IMG/VR virus record: IMGVR_UViG_3300028883_000041
Span: 21,588 to 85,587 of that record
Direction: 5' to 3' (one strand)
Length of the DNA: 64,000 nt
Origin: a virus
Shown: in pieces, positions 1 to 9,286 of the stretch
Layout: every line of letters starts with the position of its first letter
How positions within the stretch are numbered: position 1 is the first letter of the stretch
Program-made: the position numbers and the translations under genes
Notes under the pieces: model-generated
What the model was told of the DNA's origin: nothing
Seen by the model: only the letters and a program-made list of their open reading frames with translations
Databases searched by the model: none

Positions 1-1962
1 TTTGTCATAGGTCATGAACAATACATCATAGTCATATATCCTCTGCATCACAGTTTGGTAGGCACAATACCCTTGTTTCTGTTGATACTGTTGATATTGA
101 CTATCATCTGATTTCCAGATAGGCATAGGAGTTCCATCCTCTTCTCGATGTGGAAACACAAAAGTCTCTCTATAATAAGGACACTCTACCTTTTGACCAG
201 TCTCTTTTGTGACTATACAAGAAGGTTTAGTATGGAATGGCATATTCAACCACTCCACCTCTGGTGTAGGACCCCAGTTAGGTTCTTCTTTCTTCTTATT
301 TTTAAGGTCAGTTATCTGAAACCTAAGTTTAAGGCAAGAGTTTTTGTTTGAGGAAAGAACAGCACCATTAATCCTCTCTCCATACTGCTCGTAAATTATT
401 CTCATTGCACTGCTGAATACTTCTTCTGCTATCCTATTTGTAGGAACTAAGACCAACGTACGTTTCTTCATATAGGTTGCAACTCGTATCAAAGTTGTTG
501 TTAGACCAGCACGAGTAGTTTTGATTGCCTCAAAATGTTTGTGTGGTTGTTGTAACATCTGTGATACTCTATGCGTTATAACATCGAAGTCTCTTTCTTC
601 TTGTGCTTCTGTTAGAGCTTGGACTATAACTGGTGACGGTTTCTTCCTCAAACAATAACTCCTCCCACACTTGGGTGCATCCTTTGCTGGGTCACAGAAA
701 TAAAAATCACTATGAATGTCTTGCATCTTGGAACAAGACGGAGGTTTATCTGGCTCTTCTGGATTACCAAGATAAGCTCTTATACTTGTAAAGAGTTTGT
801 TCTTATTTTGTGGTAGGTTATCTTCTTCATCATTAATTCTAAATCTAAAAAACATTGCCAAGTCGTCTGGAGAGTAGTTCTTATTATGAGAATAGTAATC
901 ATATTTCATTGATGCTAAGTATCTTAATAGCACCACGTTCTTATGATGACCCCCAGCATGTAGAGCATTATAAATACATGGTGGTGTCTTCTCTGGGTCA
1001 TTACTTGAGATGAGTTTAAACATTTCATCTACTTTCTTCTCTTGTTTTTCATCCAGTAAATCATGTGGTTCTGGACATGTAATTTTATAGTAAATTAATG
1101 GCTTCTTGAATTCTTTGATTGTACCTACTCTCTGAACTTTTCTTGACAATTCTTCTATGTCTTCTGTATCCATACTTCTTGTAATATAATCAATGAATTG
1201 GAACGGAGGAACTACTATTGGTGCAACTTGTATGTTACCTAATTCTGTTTGTTTAATTGTTTCCTCTACATTATATGCACCATTTTGTTTAACAACTGGG
1301 ACACAATAAAAGGTCTTATACCCAAACTTCTGGTATGCAGAATATGGCACCCTAAATATATGTCCTCCTCTCTTATATAACACTGTATCAATAATGATAA
1401 GGTATTCAACTGATTTATATGTAAACTTTTTACATATCCCTTGGTGGCGTTTAGACTTCTTTCCCTCTTTATTCTTAGGGTAATAAAGGCTAAAGCCTTC
1501 ATTCTTCTTAAATAAGCCATTAACATTATCATCATCCCAGAGCACTGGTAGAAATACGAGTTTACTAACTGCTTTATTATATTTCTGTACTCTATACATT
1601 CCTTTACCAGAAACATAATCATAGAAACTGATATCTGGATGGTTTTTATCCCACTCTTCCCAAAATTTCATGACTGCTGTCAGTATCATCTTTCTTTGTT
1701 GTTCTTTGGTGTTTAGTTGCTTAGCATAAGGGGTAAGTATCTTCACATCTGTATCAATAACAAACATGGTATGGTCTTTACCTTCTATTGTTCTAAACAA
1801 AGGAGTTAAAGGATTAATAGCATTAAGGTCAAACTCAGTTTGCCACTTACCAATCTTTTCTCCTCCACCAGTAGCTCTTTCTGCTTTTGATATAGCATTA
1901 GCTCCTTTAACAAAGGGCTTGATAGCATTCCTCATCTTTAGAATTTTACTGTCTTCGGTCAC
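1..1962 (-). CDS. Primase-helicase fusion (AEP PriS + PriL C-terminal Fe-S domain + XPD/DinG-like SF2 helicase), 3'-truncated by the window edge
   Basis: Not in the ORF track because it runs off the window. Hand translation from ATG 1935 (or in-frame GTG 1962 after GGAG) is open to base 1. It contains VIDTD, SGKGMY, IIIDTVLY..HIFRVPYS (AEP motifs); PPCIYNAL..PPSCSKM..FC..C (PriL-CTD cysteines); and KTTRAGLTT, LVLVPTNRIAEE, SSNKNSCL..CPYY..YCAYQ..DYDVLFMTYDK (XPD-like). Confidence 0.8.
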   Translation of the reverse strand, partial: MTEDSKILKMRNAIKPFVKGANAISKAERATGGGEKIGKWQTEFDLNAINPLTPLFRTIEGKDHTMFVIDTDVKILTPYAKQLNTKEQQRKMILTAVMKFWEEWDKNHPDISFYDYVSGKGMYRVQKYNKAVSKLVFLPVLWDDDNVNGLFKKNEGFSLYYPKNKEGKKSKRHQGICKKFTYKSVEYLIIIDTVLYKRGGHIFRVPYSAYQKFGYKTFYCVPVVKQNGAYNVEETIKQTELGNIQVAPIVVPPFQFIDYITRSMDTEDIEELSRKVQRVGTIKEFKKPLIYYKITCPEPHDLLDEKQEKKVDEMFKLISSNDPEKTPPCIYNALHAGGHHKNVVLLRYLASMKYDYYSHNKNYSPDDLAMFFRFRINDEEDNLPQNKNKLFTSIRAYLGNPEEPDKPPSCSKMQDIHSDFYFCDPAKDAPKCGRSYCLRKKPSPVIVQALTEAQEERDFDVITHRVSQMLQQPHKHFEAIKTTRAGLTTTLIRVATYMKKRTLVLVPTNRIAEEVFSSAMRIIYEQYGERINGAVLSSNKNSCLKLRFQITDLKNKKKEEPNWGPTPEVEWLNMPFHTKPSCIVTKETGQKVECPYYRETFVFPHREEDGTPMPIWKSDDSQYQQYQQKQGYCAYQTVMQRIYDYDVLFMTYDK

Positions 1963-2045
1963 GTGTTGGTCTCCACATGAATGGTAATTTAACTTAATTT
2001 TTTGTACCTTAAAAACATTTCTTATGAGTGTACCACGAATATTCG

Positions 2046-2058
2046 AAAGGTTTAAATA
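2046..2058 (+). promoter_or_regulatory. Archaeal BRE-TATA promoter for the SSB/ATPase operon
   Basis: GAAAGG TTTAAAT(A) upstream of the 2172 gene. Confidence 0.6.
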
Positions 2059-2171
2059 CCATCAAGAAAATAGTAATTTACTAGCTTGAATTAGGATGCT
2101 TTCAATACTGAAAGTTAAGGAGGATTTCCTCCTTCCTCCTTTAAGTTATAGAAAACAAGTAAAAAAAGTAA

Positions 2172-3617
2172 GTGATTGAAATGGTTGATGAACTATTTTT
2201 AATGAAAAAACTGAAAGAAGTCGAATTTGAAGACTTTGATGTATCTGTGGATGATTATCTACAGAAGCAAACTGACCTTGATAAAATCAAGGAGTATTAC
2301 AAAGACGATGCCAACATGGATGCTCAGCTTACTGAGGTAGCAAAGGAAATATTTGATGATAAGATATATCAGATTACTACAGTAAGAGGAGCTATCAATG
2401 CAGTGCTCGGAAAAGTAAGAGAACAAGTCTATGCCAAACTAAGCGAAAATGCTTTAGAGGAAAAGATTGAAGAAGGAGATTATATCATAGAAACTGGTAC
2501 AATCTTAGGAGCTTATGATTTTCCAATCCGTAAGGATGATGGGTCTACCTTTACTAAGAACTTTATGGTTCTATCTACTGATGATGGGATAATAGAGATT
2601 ACATGTATTGGTGATAAGATTGGTCCAAGAAAACGTGCTGTTCCTATACCCTTTATGAAAAGAGCATCTTATGTTATTAATCCTAAGAAATTCACCAGAG
2701 CTAATGGTGTTCAAGATGTGGATTATGCAGCGATGAGAGTAGGTGAGGTTAGTGATGAGTTTGATATCATAACTGAACACTTAGCAGCTGCTGAGAATAC
2801 AGAAGGTGGTCTGTGGGATATTGATAGAATTGTTGATGAGTTCCCACCAGAAGGTCAACTCAAGAGAGGAGATTGGATTTGGTTTAAAGGGATAATCAGA
2901 AACATTGAACCTTTCCCAATATTTGAAGGAAGAGAGATGACTGGTCAATACCATCATTTAGTTACATATGATAAATATAATGAACCTACTTATGCTTTCA
3001 ATTTATCTGCAAGAGGTAAGTTCTTTGATGATGAGGCTTTCTATCCTACTATAAGATTACAGCCAACTGAGATTGGATATACACAAGTAGAATGGGATGG
3101 TGTTGAAGAGTTAGTAACAGCATTAACAGAAGCTCAGAATGATATGGACCCTTCAGACCAATTCAAAACTCTTGATAACGAGATTACTGATAGAGTGTTT
3201 TATGCTCTTGTAAAAGTAGCAAAGATTGAACAACGTAAAGGTCAAAGCAGACAAGAAGGTAGAGAAGGAGAAACAGTAGATAGGTTCTTCATTAATCTAA
3301 ATGCAGTATATGTCAGAATAACTGATGAGATTATTCCATGGAAACCTCAAACCAATGAGGAAGAAGAGGAAGAAGAAGAGAAACCAGCTAAAGCTCCAGC
3401 TAAGAAATCTCCTCCTAAAAAGAAACCAGCGACACCAGCTAAAGCAACAGCATGGAAAGCACAAGCAGTAAAGCAAATTACTGAATGGAGAAAAGCTATT
3501 CCAGATGCAGATTTTGAAACACTCGTAGACAACGATGCTTTCGATGATGATGTGTTCAAAGGCGTAGACGAAGCAGCCCTTAAAACTGTCTTTGAAGATT
3601 TAATAAAGGATGATTGA
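2172..3617 (+). CDS. Putative ssDNA-binding protein (RPA-like OB folds) with acidic and Pro/Ala/Lys linker
   Basis: Beta-rich segment GTILGAYDFPIRKDDGST..MVLSTDDGIIEITC resembles RPA OB folds; sits beside a Sak4-like ATPase; real start probably ATG 2181. Confidence 0.5.
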   Translation: MIEMVDELFLMKKLKEVEFEDFDVSVDDYLQKQTDLDKIKEYYKDDANMDAQLTEVAKEIFDDKIYQITTVRGAINAVLGKVREQVYAKLSENALEEKIEEGDYIIETGTILGAYDFPIRKDDGSTFTKNFMVLSTDDGIIEITCIGDKIGPRKRAVPIPFMKRASYVINPKKFTRANGVQDVDYAAMRVGEVSDEFDIITEHLAAAENTEGGLWDIDRIVDEFPPEGQLKRGDWIWFKGIIRNIEPFPIFEGREMTGQYHHLVTYDKYNEPTYAFNLSARGKFFDDEAFYPTIRLQPTEIGYTQVEWDGVEELVTALTEAQNDMDPSDQFKTLDNEITDRVFYALVKVAKIEQRKGQSRQEGREGETVDRFFINLNAVYVRITDEIIPWKPQTNEEEEEEEEKPAKAPAKKSPPKKKPATPAKATAWKAQAVKQITEWRKAIPDADFETLVDNDAFDDDVFKGVDEAALKTVFEDLIKDD

Positions 3618-4464
3618 AATGTCAAGAAGAGCAAGAACAGTAAGTAATATAACTTTGAAGGATACTACAGCCAATAGTATCTATACTCCATATGTTAAAG
3701 GTATAGTGTATGGTGGAACTAACTTAGGCAAGACTTATTTGGTTCTTAACTCTTATTTCAATACTGAAAAGAAGAAGAAAGTATTATTCATTAATACTGA
3801 CCAACCAGAGAACTTTCTCAAGAACTTTAATCATTTGACAGATGCACAAAAACTGCGAGTAGTACAACCACATGAAGAGATGAAGATAGGACATACATTA
3901 GATGATGTAAAGAATATCTCACCTCTCATCAAACAAATTTTAACTCCTCCTATCTCAAAAGAGATACATGATGGAACCATAGGTCTCATTGTTATTGATA
4001 CTATTGATGTTATTCAAGAGGCATATGAGAACAATGCTATGGACAACGATTTTAGTGGTACTCCAGAAATGTTTGTTAAAGGAAGAGGTAGAGCACAGAT
4101 GGAACGAGAGTTCCTCAAACCTCTTATCAAACTTCCATGTAACTTCATTGCTACTTCTGCATTTGACATTGTTTACAAAGAAGGTAAAGGTCCTCTAAAA
4201 GATATTGCTACTAAAGAAGTAGATGGTAAAGATATCCATATTCATAAGCCAAGACTTAACGCTAAGATGTGGAAACACTTTACAAATATCATGGAACTCA
4301 GAGACATTTACCAATTCGATGAGAAAAAGAGTCAGATTAATGGATACTTCATTAAATCAAAAAGAGACCAAGGGTTATATACCTATAATGTATTAAAAGG
4401 AGATAAAGAGTCTGGAAAAGGTCCAAGCTATGCTAAGTACATGGCTTATGACAGAGGACTCTAA
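3610..4464 (+). CDS. RecA-fold/AAA_24 (Sak4-like) ATPase
   Basis: Walker A YGGTNLGKT, VLFINTD, Walker B LIVIDTID. Confidence 0.7.
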   Translation: MIEMSRRARTVSNITLKDTTANSIYTPYVKGIVYGGTNLGKTYLVLNSYFNTEKKKKVLFINTDQPENFLKNFNHLTDAQKLRVVQPHEEMKIGHTLDDVKNISPLIKQILTPPISKEIHDGTIGLIVIDTIDVIQEAYENNAMDNDFSGTPEMFVKGRGRAQMEREFLKPLIKLPCNFIATSAFDIVYKEGKGPLKDIATKEVDGKDIHIHKPRLNAKMWKHFTNIMELRDIYQFDEKKSQINGYFIKSKRDQGLYTYNVLKGDKESGKGPSYAKYMAYDRGL

Positions 4465-4804
4465 TCCTATTTTTTTTTCGGTGAGAGAAATGAGACTTGG
4501 AGAGTTAGATGAACATACACAGTACCAGATACTCAAGAGATACTTAGATGGACATGAACCAGAGTATGAAGGGAAACCAGTAGTAATACCAAACAGTATT
4601 ACCGTAAGGTTTACTTGTTCTAACTATATGTGTGGTAAGTTAATCATGCCTTCCTATTATAAGTCTGACTTAGAAAACATACCTAATAGGATTATGTGTC
4701 CTCTTTGTGGTCAATGGGCAACCAGACATTATATGGGTGCTACTGTAGATTTACAGAAGGAAGTCAAGAGAACAGTGCAAAAGCGGATGATTGATTACCA
4801 ATAA
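4430..4804 (+). CDS. Zn-ribbon protein
   Basis: CSNYMC...CPLC. Confidence 0.55.
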   Translation: MLSTWLMTEDSNPIFFSVREMRLGELDEHTQYQILKRYLDGHEPEYEGKPVVIPNSITVRFTCSNYMCGKLIMPSYYKSDLENIPNRIMCPLCGQWATRHYMGATVDLQKEVKRTVQKRMIDYQ

Positions 4805-4870
4805 AAGAATTGGAGTCATATATAACAGAAAAGTTTTAATATTTACTAATAGTAGGTAAACACGATACAT

Positions 4871-5302
4871 ATGGTCGATTTAAGTAATGCTGATTTCTGG
4901 ATACAAGTAGGATTTTACGTAGCAGCTATTAGTGCTGGTATATTCTATTACTTCAGAGCAAAGAAAAAAGGAGAGGCAGCTCCTCCTCAATTGATGCAAC
5001 TATTTCAAAGCCAAACATCCATGTTAATGGAATGGTTCTTTAAAGCAGTTGCAGATGGTGTTATAACAAAAGAAGAAGCTCAAGAGCTAAAGGCAAAGTT
5101 CACAGCTAATCTGGATGATACTTTGGAAACTATTTTAAGGTTTTATTTACCCACGGAAGACGTGATTATAGAACCAGAACCAGTTCCAGTTCCAGAACCA
5201 GTAGTGGTTGAAGAACCAGTGGTTGAAGAACCAGAAGTAATTGATGAAATTGCTTCAGAAGAACCTCCAGTTGAAGAACCAGTAGAAGACACACCAGAAT
5301 AA
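4871..5302 (+). CDS. Membrane protein with N-terminal TM helix and acidic Pro/Glu/Val tail
   Basis: FWIQVGFYVAAISAGIFYYF followed by RAKKK; EPEPVPVPEP tail; own TATA-like element near 4835. Confidence 0.6.
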   Translation: MVDLSNADFWIQVGFYVAAISAGIFYYFRAKKKGEAAPPQLMQLFQSQTSMLMEWFFKAVADGVITKEEAQELKAKFTANLDDTLETILRFYLPTEDVIIEPEPVPVPEPVVVEEPVVEEPEVIDEIASEEPPVEEPVEDTPE

Positions 5303-6124
5303 TTAGATTAATCTATCTTTACCTCTTTTTCCTCTTTCCATTTTTTTAGGAAAGTTAGTATTTAGTTCAAGCCAGTATTTGTTTCTGTCTTCAGAGGTAA
5401 CTTTCTTTCTGTTCTTTTTCTTGATTATCATAGGTAATACCCAAAAACCAGTGAGACCTAATGTCACTGCGATGAGTAGAATAGCAAGAGGGTTGTTGAT
5501 AATCCATGCAATGATACCGCTGTCATAGTTAAGTAATGATAAAGCAGTAATTAAAATAGATGAGATGTAACCACCAGCAAGTATCCCTTTCTTACCAGAA
5601 CTGAGAGAACCTTTGAAAGTTTCCACTACACTGGAACTTTTTTCTGCTACTCTCATAATAAGCATAGTTTGTTGTTCAATCATACTTTCTAAATCAACAG
5701 TCCTTTGAGCAAGTTGAGCAACAGATGTTTCAAGAGTATATATTCTTGCTCTCATAATATTAACAGAGACCTTATCTACATGTGCTTCGATTGATGATAG
5801 TAAGGTAGGTAGATTGATTGCTTTCTTGGAGAAATGAGCCTTAACTCCTTCAGCCATCTGTTCTATTTCTTGATGACCAGAGATAGTTATAATGTTAGCA
5901 TCTGGGTCCATCTCTAAGATTTTTTCAGTTGCTTCTTCTCCACCCATGGTTGGCATAACTAAATCCATGAGTACTAAGTCTGGCATATTTCTCCTATATA
6001 CCTTTACAGCATCCTCTCCACTGAACACTTGGATGATATCATATCTATCTTTGAGTTTATCTCTAAGTCCATTAGAGTATATCTCATTATCATCCACAAT
6101 CATAATAGTACTCTTGTATTCCAT
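5303..6124 (-). CDS. Response-regulator receiver domain + coiled coil + two TM helices
   Basis: IVDD, LVLMDLVMP (phospho-Asp), IITISG, conserved Lys; C-terminal hydrophobic helices and a basic tail. Confidence 0.85.
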   Translation of the reverse strand: MEYKSTIMIVDDNEIYSNGLRDKLKDRYDIIQVFSGEDAVKVYRRNMPDLVLMDLVMPTMGGEEATEKILEMDPDANIITISGHQEIEQMAEGVKAHFSKKAINLPTLLSSIEAHVDKVSVNIMRARIYTLETSVAQLAQRTVDLESMIEQQTMLIMRVAEKSSSVVETFKGSLSSGKKGILAGGYISSILITALSLLNYDSGIIAWIINNPLAILLIAVTLGLTGFWVLPMIIKKKNRKKVTSEDRNKYWLELNTNFPKKMERGKRGKDRLI

Positions 6125-6164
6125 AGACCTCTATGTTTTATTAGCAAGATGATTATAAAAACTA

Positions 6165-6374
6165 TTAGGTGTTTAGAACAACTGTTGATAATTCATTAAT
6201 CAAATCAATTAGTTCTATACTAACTTCATGAGGTCCATAAAGTATCTTATCACAGACAGCACATTCTCTGCTATAGATAATAATATTCTCATTATCTGTA
6301 GGTTTAAAGCAAGTCTTAGGAATATGCTTCCCAAACCGACATCTCATCTTCATCCAAAATTGTGTAACTTTCAT
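6165..6374 (-). CDS. Small Cys/His protein
   Basis: CRFGKH...CAVC; overlaps the upstream gene in operon fashion. Confidence 0.45.
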   Translation of the reverse strand: MKVTQFWMKMRCRFGKHIPKTCFKPTDNENIIIYSRECAVCDKILYGPHEVSIELIDLINELSTVVLNT

Positions 6375-7272
6375 CTTTCATCACTGGTATTTCTAATTCG
6401 CCCATAAGATACTCTCCACACTCAAGTATATGTTCACACACTGCACATATTCCTCCAGTCAATCCTACATGACCAGAACGAGTGTTTATTGGAAGCGGTC
6501 TTGGGTCACGAAATTTTTTCTGTGCTTTCCTAAAGTCGTTTACATTTACACTGTACCACTTTGCTTTATATTTTGATGCACCTAACAACACACACAGAAC
6601 TTGAGGTTTTCCGTCCTCTATATAATAAGGATATTTTTCTAAGAACCCTTGCTTAGCTAACTCAGCATAATACTCACTCTCTACGAGTAGAGGATTGTAG
6701 TATCCAGATAACTGTAGATAATGTGATGGAATAACAGTAGAACCACTCTTCCAATCTATGATTAATAATCTCCATCCATGCTCTGTCTTATACAAAGCAA
6801 GTAGGTCTATGGTACCAGCTAAACTATTATATGGGTCCACCTTACCATTAGGTAGTTTTTTTATGTTTCTTATTTTCTTTTCGACAGCTATAATTCTGAT
6901 ATAGTCTTTATACTCATTCCAAAATTGTAGGAAGTTGTTGAATGCTTTCTCTATCTTATCCAAGAATATCCTATACCTTTCTGGCTTCTTTATCAGAGCC
7001 TTTATCTGTGCTTGGTCTGCTTTACTTAGAACCAACGTCTGAGCTGGTATTCCTATCAGTTCTCTTAGAAATGTTTCTATCCTATCATGGACTATTGTCC
7101 CAGCAACAGCAGCAAGATTGTATCTAACTATAGGATTAGAATGTATCCCCTCCCACTCATCTCTCTCTTTTTTATTAACTGGGTTAAGCCAAGCTGTCAT
7201 CTCACATTGTAAAGCAGATGCTACCTCTGTTACTCTTGGTATTAAGTCATCTTTGTCGTATAGATATGGCAT
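6316..7272 (-). CDS. Cas4/AddB-like PD-(D/E)xK exonuclease with Fe-S cysteines
   Basis: N-terminal Cys, GTIVHDRIE, GTIDL, IIDWKSG, QLSGY, C-terminal CAVCEHILEC. Confidence 0.8.
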   Translation of the reverse strand: MPYLYDKDDLIPRVTEVASALQCEMTAWLNPVNKKERDEWEGIHSNPIVRYNLAAVAGTIVHDRIETFLRELIGIPAQTLVLSKADQAQIKALIKKPERYRIFLDKIEKAFNNFLQFWNEYKDYIRIIAVEKKIRNIKKLPNGKVDPYNSLAGTIDLLALYKTEHGWRLLIIDWKSGSTVIPSHYLQLSGYYNPLLVESEYYAELAKQGFLEKYPYYIEDGKPQVLCVLLGASKYKAKWYSVNVNDFRKAQKKFRDPRPLPINTRSGHVGLTGGICAVCEHILECGEYLMGELEIPVMKDESYTILDEDEMSVWEAYS

Positions 7273-7273
7273 C

Positions 7274-7861
7274 TTAATCTTTCCTCAAGTTTTGAAGATT
7301 GCTTAAGCTGTTAATCCTTTTCTGTGCTTTCAATGCAACATCAGTATAACCTTTTTTCTCTGCATCTTTCATCATGATAGATAACATCTTCAAGTCAGAA
7401 CAACTCTTAATCTCTTCTTCCATATTTTTCTTCTCTTCTTCAATTATCTTAACATTATCCTCAGTAGGCTTATCATCTTCAATATAAGAAGTAGAAGGGA
7501 TTTCAGATGCTGTTTCTTTTTCCTTCATTCCTAAAGCCTTAAGGATATCAGTAGGATTAGCATAACTTTGTACTGGAGGAGTAGGAGCATTTAACTCTTC
7601 AAGTGTCATAGAAGGTGGTTCTGGTATTGGAGTTTGTGATGAGATTGCTTCTTGTAGTAATCTTTGATGTTCTTCTTCTTCTTTAGCCATCTCTTCATTA
7701 TAATACATATCATATCGAGCCATATAGATAGGGTTATGAACACACTGATATTGACCACACCATCCATGAGGTTTGGCTTTACCAGTGGCACTATCAATCA
7801 TTCTAATATAACGGTCACATTTTTTAGATTTTATCTGACCTACATAATAATTACATTCCAT
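7274..7861 (-). CDS. Hypothetical protein with N-terminal Cys cluster
   Basis: ORF track; C..C..C..CVH; TATA upstream near 7875. Confidence 0.6.
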   Translation of the reverse strand: MECNYYVGQIKSKKCDRYIRMIDSATGKAKPHGWCGQYQCVHNPIYMARYDMYYNEEMAKEEEEHQRLLQEAISSQTPIPEPPSMTLEELNAPTPPVQSYANPTDILKALGMKEKETASEIPSTSYIEDDKPTEDNVKIIEEEKKNMEEEIKSCSDLKMLSIMMKDAEKKGYTDVALKAQKRINSLSNLQNLRKD

Positions 7862-7922
7862 AGGAGTGTATTGTATTTAAATCTTTTAAACCTTTCTATA
7901 ATAAAAAGTAATCGAGAGAATG

Positions 7923-8747
7923 TTACTCTGTGAGTTTGTGGCACCATTCTCTAAATTTGTTTTCTATCCTATCCCAGATGCTTTGGATAAACGTTTCTAT
8001 GGAAGTAGCACTTATCTCATCATCAACCAGTTTCTTAGTGACTTCTTTCAAGAATATCATCTGGTCATTGATGAAACAATCAAACTCTGCTTTCATTCTC
8101 CAAAACTCTAAACCAGTCATAATCTTTCTGACTGAGCCATCGGATTTGATACCATATTTGCTTTCTTTACCGTCTTTTATGATGACTTTTTCTATCATCT
8201 CTTTATCGAATATCTTAGGCATCTCTTCTTCTCCACCAACTGAATAGTCATCATGATAATACTTCTCAGCATCATCGTAGCATTTGATTTTGTTCATGGT
8301 ATCATCGTAGCTCTTTGTTTTTATAGCACTAAGGTCTCCAGCAGAGGATTGAAAATGGTCTGCTATTGACTCTATCTCCAGTGTTCTGTCTCTTTCTGGT
8401 ATATCAAAAGCCTCATCATGACATAGAGATGTGTATCTCTGCTTCATACGATAATCATAGTCATCGAACAACGCACTTTTTATATCTCCAGATACATAGG
8501 CTATGAACTTCTTATCACTATCATCTTCCTTTTCTATGATGAATAATTTATCAGTTATCTCGTCTCTAAAGAGAGGGGGATAGTAACCATCACGATATTT
8601 TATATCAATGTTGTTGTCAAGCCAACCCATAAGAGTTATGTCTTTTGATACTAACTCTTTATTCACAGATGAAATAGTTATTCTATTCATCTTTTTACCT
8701 TCACAAATCCACCACAGTTTTTCTATTAGTTCTCTGTCTTCAGTCAT
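7923..8747 (-). CDS. Hypothetical protein
   Basis: 274-aa ORF with operon-style overlap. Confidence 0.6.
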   Translation of the reverse strand: MTEDRELIEKLWWICEGKKMNRITISSVNKELVSKDITLMGWLDNNIDIKYRDGYYPPLFRDEITDKLFIIEKEDDSDKKFIAYVSGDIKSALFDDYDYRMKQRYTSLCHDEAFDIPERDRTLEIESIADHFQSSAGDLSAIKTKSYDDTMNKIKCYDDAEKYYHDDYSVGGEEEMPKIFDKEMIEKVIIKDGKESKYGIKSDGSVRKIMTGLEFWRMKAEFDCFINDQMIFLKEVTKKLVDDEISATSIETFIQSIWDRIENKFREWCHKLTE

Positions 8748-9045
8748 CGTAAGTCACTGCTCCTTGATGTTCCATTGACACACGGAATTTGATATAATTA
8801 TTATCAAGCATTTTAACTTCTGCTTCTATTTCTATGGCTTTATTATGTTCTATTATGATATCATATCTATCTCCAAGTTCTTCTTTAAATTTACATCTAC
8901 CTAATACAGCAACTCTTACCAACTCATTACCTAATGAGATAGGGTCTATACTATCTGTTAAATCAAAATACATCTGGAAATACATATAATATTCCATAGC
9001 ACCTTTTCTCAGTTTATTGTTTTCATCATGCACATTATTCTGCAT
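8740..9045 (-). CDS. Hypothetical protein
   Basis: Overlapping ORF chain. Confidence 0.55.
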   Translation of the reverse strand: MQNNVHDENNKLRKGAMEYYMYFQMYFDLTDSIDPISLGNELVRVAVLGRCKFKEELGDRYDIIIEHNKAIEIEAEVKMLDNNYIKFRVSMEHQGAVTYDD

Positions 9046-9286
9046 TCTTAATCTCCTCTATTATTTCTTCTAATATTCCATCTTCTACTTCATAATGGAA
9101 GGCAATTCGATTGATTAATTTAACAAAGAACTCATCCTTTGGATACCGTCCAACGTCATAAAACCATTCTTCTTCATATCTATCTCCTCTAAATATATCA
9201 TTTAGAACTGCTTTTGTTAATGGATGAAATGATTTATCATTATTATAATCATAATATCCATCTCTAAATTTGTCTTTTTTACTCAT
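9035..9286 (-). CDS. Hypothetical protein
   Basis: Overlapping ORF chain. Confidence 0.55.
   Translation of the reverse strand: MSKKDKFRDGYYDYNNDKSFHPLTKAVLNDIFRGDRYEEEWFYDVGRYPKDEFFVKLINRIAFHYEVEDGILEEIIEEIKNAE

Noticed and set aside
148-1987. Short ORFs 148-351, 1266-1622 and 1766-1987 in the track
   Set aside because: Shadows of the long minus-strand primase-helicase frame
6316-7272. Cas4-like gene as part of a CRISPR-Cas system
   Set aside because: No other cas genes or repeat-spacer array seen; solo Cas4-like nucleases are common in archaeal virus recombination modules
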